Source: an uncultured Lentimicrobiaceae bacterium
GTDB taxonomy: Bacteria; Bacteroidota; Bacteroidia; Bacteroidales; WCHB1-69
NCBI GenBank assembly: GCA_964610025.1
Contig: CAZSTX010000001.1
Span: 8,219-72,218 of the forward strand
Reading direction: 5' to 3'
Length of the DNA: 64,000 nt
Positions 57,048 to 64,000 of this stretch are shown piece by piece (the first letter of the stretch is position 1; the number at the start of each line of letters is the position of its first letter). Below the pieces are notes generated by a model. That model saw only the letters and a list, made by a program, of their open reading frames with translations, was not told the DNA's origin and searched no databases. The translations under genes and the position numbers were made by a program.

Positions 57048-58001
57048 TTAAACGATTTGCTGTAATAATTCGAGTAAATTATCTCTGTAAATAGATGCGT
57101 CTTGTTGAGCGATAATTTGTTTAGCATTGTTTATTTTTGATTGTATCATAGAGTAAGCATAAGCGATGCCACCTTCTTTTTCTACCGTTTCGATAATATT
57201 GATAATGTTTTTTTTATCATTGTTGTGGTTTTTACACATACCAATAAGCCTGTTTCTTTCTTCTGTATTCATTTTTTGTAAAACATGAATAATAGGCAAT
57301 GTAATAATATGTTCTTTAATGTCTTTTGCAAAATCTTTGTCTTGATGTTTGAGGTCATAGTCTTTTAAATCGTCTTTTATCTGAAAGGCTAAACCAATTT
57401 CGATGCCTGCTTTTTTTAGTTGCAGTGCTTTTTCTTCTTCTGCTCCGACTGAATAGGCACCTAAATAAAGAGAAAAGCCAAAAAGAAGTGCTGTTTTTGC
57501 TTCTATAATATCATAATATTCGCTTTCGCTCATATTGTAATAGTTGATTTTCGACAATTGGATAATCTCTCCTTCTGTCATTTTTTGAACCAAATAGCTT
57601 ATATGGTTTGATAAGATAGTATCTTCAATTTGCTGTATGATTTGCATGCACTTAGATAGTAAATAATCGCCTAATAATACAGCTATTTTATTGTTCCACA
57701 TCGAGTTGATAGTACGGTTGTTTCTTCGTAAAGATGCATTGTCGATAACGTCGTCGTGAATGAGAGAAGATACGTGTAAAAGCTCTATTAGAGAAGCTAT
57801 TAAATGTGTTTTATGATTGATGGTCCCATGTATGCCCGCCGATAACAATGTTAAAATTGGACGTATTTGTTTGCCTTTCCCTTGATTAAGATAACTTAAT
57901 AAATCATGGAGATAAATATTAGAGTTTTCTAATGCTCCTTGATGTTTTTTCTTAAACTCAATGTATTCTTTTTTAATTGATAGCGGTACAAATTGTTGCA
58001 T
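57048..58001 (-). CDS. Polyprenyl diphosphate synthase (IspB-like, long chain)
   Basis: 317 aa with the first Asp-rich motif LIHDDVIDN and the second FQIKDDLKD, plus GKQIRP. Confidence 0.9.
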   Translation of the reverse strand: MQQFVPLSIKKEYIEFKKKHQGALENSNIYLHDLLSYLNQGKGKQIRPILTLLSAGIHGTINHKTHLIASLIELLHVSSLIHDDVIDNASLRRNNRTINSMWNNKIAVLLGDYLLSKCMQIIQQIEDTILSNHISYLVQKMTEGEIIQLSKINYYNMSESEYYDIIEAKTALLFGFSLYLGAYSVGAEEEKALQLKKAGIEIGLAFQIKDDLKDYDLKHQDKDFAKDIKEHIITLPIIHVLQKMNTEERNRLIGMCKNHNNDKKNIINIIETVEKEGGIAYAYSMIQSKINNAKQIIAQQDASIYRDNLLELLQQIV

Positions 58002-58024
58002 TCGACTAAAACTTTTGTAAAATG

Positions 58025-58032
58025 CAAAAGTA
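58025..58032 (-). promoter_or_regulatory. Candidate -7 box (TACTTTTG on the - strand) for the polyprenyl synthase gene
   Basis: The reverse complement of caaaagta lies 24 nt upstream of the ATG at 58001. Confidence 0.45.
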
Positions 58033-58314
58033 CATTTTTTTGATGAATAAAAAACCGACTTTATTACTTTTATAAATCTTTTAGGGATACTTCAAAAAAT
58101 TATGCTTCTCTAAATCCTCTCAAATACTACTGTTTTAAAAAGTGTGTAAATTTAAAAAAAACTTTTTGTAAAAATCAAAATTATTAGTTGTGAATTTTAC
58201 AGAATAATAAATTTCAAAAACAACTAAAATAAATTTTAAACTATTGAATATTAGTTATATTATTTTTATTATTAAACAATAGCGAAAAGAAATAAAACAA
58301 TCAATTAATTTTAC

Positions 58315-58322
58315 TACTTTTG
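58315..58322 (+). promoter_or_regulatory. Candidate -7 box (TACTTTTG) for ahcY
   Basis: An exact TAnnTTTG match lies 38 nt upstream of the ATG at 58361. Confidence 0.45.
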
Positions 58323-58360
58323 CAAATTGAAATTATTATTACATATCAAAATCAAAAAAA

Positions 58361-59770
58361 ATGACTGATAATACTTTAAAATACAAAATTGCCGATATTA
58401 GTCTTGCTGAATGGGGGCGTAAAGAAATAGAAATAGCAGAAAAAGAAATGCCTGGTTTAATGTCGATACGCGAAAAGTATGGACAAGCGAAACCTTTAAA
58501 AGATGTACGCATTACAGGTTCTTTACACATGACCATACAAACTGCTGTACTTATCGAGACATTGGTTGAGTTGGGAGCTGATGTGCGTTGGGCAAGTTGT
58601 AATATTTTTTCTACTCAAGACCATGCTGCCGCTGCTATTGCAGCCAAGGGTATCCCGGTTTTTGCATGGAAAGGCGAAACATTAGAAGAGTATTGGTGGT
58701 GCACCAGCCAAGCATTGGCTTTTCCTGATAATAAGGGACCACAACTTATTGTTGACGATGGTGGCGATGCTACTTTAATGATTCACAAAGGTTATGCTAT
58801 TGAAAATAATCCAAAATTAATACATGCTCAAACATCTTCACAAGAAGAAAAAGTTATTTTAGAGCGATTAGGAATTATTTATAAAGAAGATGCTAATCGT
58901 TGGCATAGAGTAGTAAAAGAAATCAAAGGTGTTTCAGAAGAAACAACAACAGGTGTGCATAGATTGTATCAAATGGTAGCAAAAGGAGAGTTGTTATTTC
59001 CAGCTATTAATGTAAATGATTCTGTTACGAAATCAAAATTCGACAATTTATATGGGTGTCGTGAGTCGTTGGCAGATGGAATAAAAAGAGCTACCGATGT
59101 AATGATTGCAGGAAAAGTTGTTGTTGTTTTAGGTTATGGAGATGTGGGCAAGGGCTGCGCTCATTCTATGCGTTCTTATGGTGCAAGAGTGATAGTTACA
59201 GAAATAGACCCTATTTGTGCTTTACAAGCTGCTATGGAAGGATTTGAAGTAGATGTTTTAGAAAACACTTTACACGAAGGGAATATTTTTGTTACTACAA
59301 CAGGAAATAAAGATGTTATTACTGCCTTGCATATGAGCAAAATGTTAGATCAAACCATTGTTTGTAATATTGGACATTTCGACAATGAAATACAAGTCGA
59401 AAAACTTGAAAATTATCCGGGGGTAAAAAAACGCAATATAAAACCACAAGTCGATGAATATTTTTTCCCTGATGGACATTCTATATTTTTATTAGCTGAA
59501 GGTAGGTTAGTTAATTTAGGTTGTGCAACAGGGCATCCTTCTTTTGTGATGAGTAATTCTTTTACTAATCAAGTTCTTGCTCAATTAGATTTATGGAAAA
59601 CCGATTTTAAAATAGATGTTTATCGTTTGCCCAAACATTTAGATGAAGAAGTAGCACGTTTACATTTAGAAAAAATAGGAGTAAAATTGACACGTTTGAC
59701 AGAAGAACAGGCTGATTATATAGGTGTTAACGTGGACGGACCTTATAAAGCTGAGCATTATCGCTATTAA
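58361..59770 (+). CDS. ahcY: Adenosylhomocysteinase
   Basis: 469 aa with [62 protein letters not shown] and HFDNEI motifs. Confidence 0.96.
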   Translation: MTDNTLKYKIADISLAEWGRKEIEIAEKEMPGLMSIREKYGQAKPLKDVRITGSLHMTIQTAVLIETLVELGADVRWASCNIFSTQDHAAAAIAAKGIPVFAWKGETLEEYWWCTSQALAFPDNKGPQLIVDDGGDATLMIHKGYAIENNPKLIHAQTSSQEEKVILERLGIIYKEDANRWHRVVKEIKGVSEETTTGVHRLYQMVAKGELLFPAINVNDSVTKSKFDNLYGCRESLADGIKRATDVMIAGKVVVVLGYGDVGKGCAHSMRSYGARVIVTEIDPICALQAAMEGFEVDVLENTLHEGNIFVTTTGNKDVITALHMSKMLDQTIVCNIGHFDNEIQVEKLENYPGVKKRNIKPQVDEYFFPDGHSIFLLAEGRLVNLGCATGHPSFVMSNSFTNQVLAQLDLWKTDFKIDVYRLPKHLDEEVARLHLEKIGVKLTRLTEEQADYIGVNVDGPYKAEHYRY

Positions 59771-59852
59771 AAATAGTTTTTTTTATAAAGTAACATTTTT
59801 GGCTCATTATTCGTTATATATAATTATTATTTATATATAAATATTAATTATA

Positions 59853-62800
59853 TTGTTTAAAAAGAGTATTCGCATTTTAGCCAAAACTATCGCATGGATT
59901 GCTGCATCCATTGTTGCTATATTGCTGATAATCTTTATAGTATTTTCTATCCCTTCTGTTCAAACTTATACTGCAAAAAAAATTACTGTTTATTTATCAA
60001 AACAAATGGAAACAGAAGTTAGTATAGAAAAATTACGCATATCATGGAATTTAGATGTTGTTATAGAAAAACTTATGTTAAAAGATTTACATGGACATAC
60101 TTTAATAGCAGCTTCTTATGGAAAATGCGATTTTCCTCATTATGATAAAATAAATCACCAAATAAACATTACGAATATATGTGTCGAAAATGCGGAGGTT
60201 TTCTTAGCTAAATATAAAGGCGAAGAAGATATTAATTTACGTTTTTTTATTAATTTTGTTAAGCCCGAAAAACCTTCTAAAATAAAAATGTCTGTTTCTT
60301 TACAAAACTTGCAACTTAAGAACGGAAAATTTACTTTTTACAATGAACCAAAGGTAGAAAAAGACATAGATGGTCATTGGAATTATGCAAACATTGTCAT
60401 TGACAGTATTTATTCTAAAGTAGACGAATTGTTGATAATAGGTGACAGCTTAAATTTTAAAATTAGGGAATTACAAGGAAAAGAACGTTCAGGGTTTAGT
60501 ATCAATCAATTAAATGGTCATTTACGTATTAGCAGAAGTGGTTTATATTGTTATAATACGAAATTGTCTACTCAGGATTCGTCTCATATACATCTTGACT
60601 TTGGGTTTAAATACAACGATTATTCCGATTTTTCTGATTTTGAAAATAGCATTATTTTTGATTGCAAATTATATTCTTCTGTTCTGTTATTGAGCGATTT
60701 AACTTATTTTGTGCCTGCTTTTAAAGGCATGAAAGGGCTTGTAACAACACAAGTTAAAAGTCTTTATGGACCTTTGTCTGAAATAGAAGCAAAGGCAATT
60801 AAAATGCAATTTGATGAAAACAATGTTTTTAAAGGCAGTATTCACTTGACTGGCTTGCCTAATATAACAACTACTTATATCAAAGCTACTGTTGATAATT
60901 TAGAAATAGCACCCAATTTTATTCAAAATTTTATCTTACCTAATGGAAAACAAATTACGCTACCTTCGATAGTCAATCAATTTAAATGGGCAAAAATCAA
61001 TGGGAATTTTAATGGTTTATATAATGATTTCATTGCTAATGCAGCTATTAAAACAAATATTGGCAATGCTAATTTAAATGAATTAAACATTCAGTCGAAA
61101 AATGAAAAATTATATTATAAAGGAAAGTTTAACGTAGAAAATCTTTCTTTAAATCAATTGATTAATTATAAAGATTTAGGTAGTATTAGTGCTTCAGGAA
61201 AAGTAGATGGCAACAATACTACTATCGATACTGCTTTTATTTATATAACGCAAATAGAATATAAAAACAATTTAATCAGCAATATAAATTTAACGGGAGA
61301 TTTTCACCAAAAACAACTCTCTTTTAGTCTGTTAAGTAACGACAAAAATTTTAAAACTGCTATAAATGGCATGATTAATTTTAATAATATTGAAAATGAG
61401 TATACATTTGTTGCCAATATAGACACTATGAATTTAAGCAATTTAAATTTAATGCACAATGATTCTAATGCCATAATAACTGCTTCTGGGATAGTAGGAA
61501 ATGTTAAAGGAAATTCTCTTGATTTCTTAGTAGGAGATGTAAAAATAATTAATTTGAATTATTTGGAAAACGATAAAATTTATCCTTTAAATAATCTGAA
61601 TTTATCTGTTAATATCAATAAGGATTCATCGAAAGATATATCTTTTCACTCCAACTCTTTAAGCATTAATGCGAATGGAAATTTTGTGTATAAAGAGTTA
61701 ATACCATTGCTCCAAAATGAATTACACAAATACTTTCCTCGTGCTATACCTGAAAGTAAATACACGGTATCGGAAGCTACTCATAGTGTTAATTTACAAT
61801 TGACTATGTTGAAGGAGATTCCTTTATTTGAATTGTTATTTCCACAAATTGTTTTTACAGAAGGGTTTCAAACAAAAATCAATTTTAATAACTATAAAAA
61901 AGACTGGGACCTCAATGCTTTTATACCTTCCATTAAAATAAACCAACAAATATTTAAAAATGTTTCTGTTCAATCGTACAATATCAATGAGTTATTAATG
62001 CTATCGTCTTCTTGTGATTCTTATTGGTTTGAAAACGACACACTTCCTTTTTTCTATAATGTCAATTTACAGACTACAACCAAAGAAGACAGCATACATT
62101 TTATAGTTAAAGCAGATGGTTTGCCTGAAAATACGATGAAAGATGCTTTTATTCAAGGAGATGTTGTTTTTAATTCCCATCGAGATTTTTATTGTTCGGT
62201 TAATGATGGAAGTATTGTAATAGATACTTCTACTTTCTTTTTCGACCCTTCTAATTATATTTATGTTAGTAGCGATAGTATTTATTTTAAAAGCATAGGC
62301 TTACACTCTATTAATAAACGCATGCGTTTGTTTGGTTCAATTTCATCACTGCATAATACTGTTTTAAATTGTGAGTTTCATAAAATTGATTTAGAAGATT
62401 TTAATTTAATACTAAAAAAATACATGATAACATTAGCAGGCGAAGCCACTGGCAGTGCGTCATTGGTACGCAATCAGTATAGTTATAGTGTTATTAGTAA
62501 TATTAATGTCGATAAATTTGCATTTAATGACGTCTTATTAGGTGTGTTTCAGGGAAAAACAATATGGCAAAACGATAAGAAAAAACTATGGATTTCTACT
62601 TCTATTATTCCAGACGAAATGGAATCGCAAGATTTAACAGTAAATGTGTATGGATATTTTGATCCTATTGAAAAATTTATTGATTTGAAAGGAGATATAC
62701 AAGAGTTTAACATTAAAACATTAGCTCCTTATATTCGATTTTTTTCCAACAAAGTGGAAGGGGTGGGAACTGGATTTTTTACTTTTAAAGGACCTATTAA

Positions 62801-64000
62801 AACTGCTAAATTAAACGGAAATATTCACCTAACAGGCGGTGTGCTTGGGGTAGATTATCTCAATACAGAATATAAAATTAGTCAATGCAATGTTGCATTT
62901 ATTGATACTTGCTTTATTTTGAAAAATATTGTTTTTAAAGATATGTATAATAATCAAGGCTCTATTGATGGCGTTATTATTCATCATCGTTTAAAAAATT
63001 GGGCAACAGCTATCGATATTAAAGCCGAAAAGTTGTTAGCCCTTAATACAACTTACAAAAATAACAATCTCTTTTTTGGAAAATGTTTTGCTACAGGAGA
63101 TGTAAATATTAAAACCGAAGACAATATAACATGGATTACTGCTAATATCGCAAGCGATAAAAACACCAATATTACCATTAATATGGATTGGAATACTACG
63201 GTGAAAGAAAATAAATTCATTATTTTCGAAAAAATTTATAAAGAAGAAATAACAACAGATAGTTTAGTAGAAAATAAAACAGTTAACTCAAAATTAGGTG
63301 TTTCGTTAAATATCAAAGCAACAAAAGATGCGTTAGTGCGGGTTGAATTAGACCCTTCAATAGGTGGAACGCTGATTGGAACAGGAGACGGAAATTTGCG
63401 TTTAGACTTCACTCCCGAAGATAAATTTGAAATGTATGGCACTTATATATTAAACGAAGGAAGTTTCGAGTTGAATTTAGGCGATATACTTGCTCGTAAT
63501 TTTAACCTTGAAAAAGGAGGGAGTATTAGTTGGAATGGCAACCCTGTCGAAGGTATTGTTAATGTAAAAGCAAGCTATCCGACCAGAGTTTCTATTAGCG
63601 ATTTACTTTCCGAAACGAATACGAATACTAGAACAATACCTATCAATAGTTTATTGTATTTGAATGGGAGACTTTTAAATCCCGAATTTAATTTCGGGAT
63701 AGAATTATTAGATGTAGATGAAAATATTAAAACTTTGGTTTACAACGCTATCGACACTACGGATAGGAAGCAAATGGTCAGTCAAACATTTTCGGTGCTT
63801 TTGCTTGGTAGATTTGAATCGAGTAATGCTAATATTATGAATAGCGGGAATTTTATCGCTGGATTGGGTTATTCATTAAGCGATTTAGCTTCACATTATT
63901 TAAATAAATGGATGTCGAATATTACAGATAAAGTGAATTTGGGCTTTTCTTATCGTCCAGGAGACGGCGTTAATATGGGAGATGATTACAATGTGCAGAT
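59853..64000 (+). CDS. TamB/AsmA-like translocation-and-assembly-module protein (DUF490 C-terminus), 3'-truncated by the window edge
   Basis: Absent from the ORF track because it has no stop before 64000. The frame opens after a TAA at 59838-59840, and TTG at 59853 is the only plausible start. My translation gives MFKKSIRILAKTIAWIAASIVAILLIIFIVFSIPSVQTYTAKKITVYLSKQMETEVSIEKLRISWNL..., an N-terminal TM anchor plus beta-rich repeats. Near the end it reads ...GGTLIGTGDGNLRLDFTPEDKFEMYGTYILNEGSFELNL...GFSYRPGDGVNMGDDYNVQ. No competing + strand ORF of at least 60 aa is listed for this 4.1 kb. Confidence 0.8.
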   Translation, partial: MFKKSIRILAKTIAWIAASIVAILLIIFIVFSIPSVQTYTAKKITVYLSKQMETEVSIEKLRISWNLDVVIEKLMLKDLHGHTLIAASYGKCDFPHYDKINHQINITNICVENAEVFLAKYKGEEDINLRFFINFVKPEKPSKIKMSVSLQNLQLKNGKFTFYNEPKVEKDIDGHWNYANIVIDSIYSKVDELLIIGDSLNFKIRELQGKERSGFSINQLNGHLRISRSGLYCYNTKLSTQDSSHIHLDFGFKYNDYSDFSDFENSIIFDCKLYSSVLLLSDLTYFVPAFKGMKGLVTTQVKSLYGPLSEIEAKAIKMQFDENNVFKGSIHLTGLPNITTTYIKATVDNLEIAPNFIQNFILPNGKQITLPSIVNQFKWAKINGNFNGLYNDFIANAAIKTNIGNANLNELNIQSKNEKLYYKGKFNVENLSLNQLINYKDLGSISASGKVDGNNTTIDTAFIYITQIEYKNNLISNINLTGDFHQKQLSFSLLSNDKNFKTAINGMINFNNIENEYTFVANIDTMNLSNLNLMHNDSNAIITASGIVGNVKGNSLDFLVGDVKIINLNYLENDKIYPLNNLNLSVNINKDSSKDISFHSNSLSINANGNFVYKELIPLLQNELHKYFPRAIPESKYTVSEATHSVNLQLTMLKEIPLFELLFPQIVFTEGFQTKINFNNYKKDWDLNAFIPSIKINQQIFKNVSVQSYNINELLMLSSSCDSYWFENDTLPFFYNVNLQTTTKEDSIHFIVKADGLPENTMKDAFIQGDVVFNSHRDFYCSVNDGSIVIDTSTFFFDPSNYIYVSSDSIYFKSIGLHSINKRMRLFGSISSLHNTVLNCEFHKIDLEDFNLILKKYMITLAGEATGSASLVRNQYSYSVISNINVDKFAFNDVLLGVFQGKTIWQNDKKKLWISTSIIPDEMESQDLTVNVYGYFDPIEKFIDLKGDIQEFNIKTLAPYIRFFSNKVEGVGTGFFTFKGPIKTAKLNGNIHLTGGVLGVDYLNTEYKISQCNVAFIDTCFILKNIVFKDMYNNQGSIDGVIIHHRLKNWATAIDIKAEKLLALNTTYKNNNLFFGKCFATGDVNIKTEDNITWITANIASDKNTNITINMDWNTTVKENKFIIFEKIYKEEITTDSLVENKTVNSKLGVSLNIKATKDALVRVELDPSIGGTLIGTGDGNLRLDFTPEDKFEMYGTYILNEGSFELNLGDILARNFNLEKGGSISWNGNPVEGIVNVKASYPTRVSISDLLSETNTNTRTIPINSLLYLNGRLLNPEFNFGIELLDVDENIKTLVYNAIDTTDRKQMVSQTFSVLLLGRFESSNANIMNSGNFIAGLGYSLSDLASHYLNKWMSNITDKVNLGFSYRPGDGVNMGDDYNVQ

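Noticed and set aside
58002-58360. Possible SAH riboswitch in the 359-nt region upstream of ahcY
   Set aside because: The region is almost pure A/T, with no GC-rich pseudoknot-forming segments like those of known SAH elements. It contains divergent -7 boxes for ispB-like and ahcY, which is sufficient to explain it. An Infernal scan would be decisive.
63236-63442. 68-aa minus-strand ORF near the right edge
   Set aside because: It is antisense to the open TamB-like frame, whose translation here (…VRVELDPSIGGTLIGTGDGNLRLDF…) is family-typical.
1-64000. CRISPR arrays, transposases/IS elements, integrases, prophage or known defence-system genes, rRNA, and genetic-code anomalies
   Set aside because: I found none. 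There are no regularly spaced repeats and no DDE, tyrosine-recombinase or serine-recombinase motifs. All conserved genes read through with the standard code and have no in-frame stops. Several genes appear to use GTG or TTG starts, which is ordinary.

Overview
This is a 64-kb, visibly AT-rich, gene-dense chromosomal segment that reads as a Bacteroidota genome. The evidence for that assignment is several secreted proteins ending in T9SS C-terminal sorting domains, TAnnTTTG -7 promoter boxes about 5-40 nt ahead of many start codons, and MKK...AQ-type signal peptides. I can support 52 protein-coding genes, one tRNA-Gln(CUG), five intrinsic-terminator hairpins and a set of candidate promoters. Most of the content is housekeeping: alaS, aspS, pth, dprA, aroE, msrA, maf, ugd, ahcY, a polyprenyl synthase, an RND efflux triplet, SulP, POT, and U32 and M20 peptidases. 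I found no CRISPR array, rRNA, transposase, integrase, phage gene or recognisable defence gene. Two large genes are missing from the supplied ORF track because they run off the window: gatD (1-319, -) and a TamB-like gene (59853-64000, +). Five things deserve a second look. (i) A tightly coupled operon at 38331-44699 encodes a GAPDH, a 1366-aa protein, and a long GAPDH paralog. The 1366-aa protein has about 876 unrecognisable residues fused to only the ATP-grasp plus phospho-His half of pyruvate phosphate dikinase. (ii) An operon at 53332-55838 encodes a two-Cys DsrC, a DsrM-like and a DsrK-like protein and a small Cys4 protein, with no DsrAB in view. (iii) An archaeal-type GatE-GatD amidotransferase sits in a bacterial context, alongside a bacterial-type U1-A72 tRNA-Gln. 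(iv) Two adjacent uncharacterised operons are each preceded by the same 43-nt promoter/leader. (v) A stand-alone HydG with a TM1266-type regulator lies next to ThiH. Novelty cannot be proven from the sequence alone, and all functional interpretations are flagged as inference.
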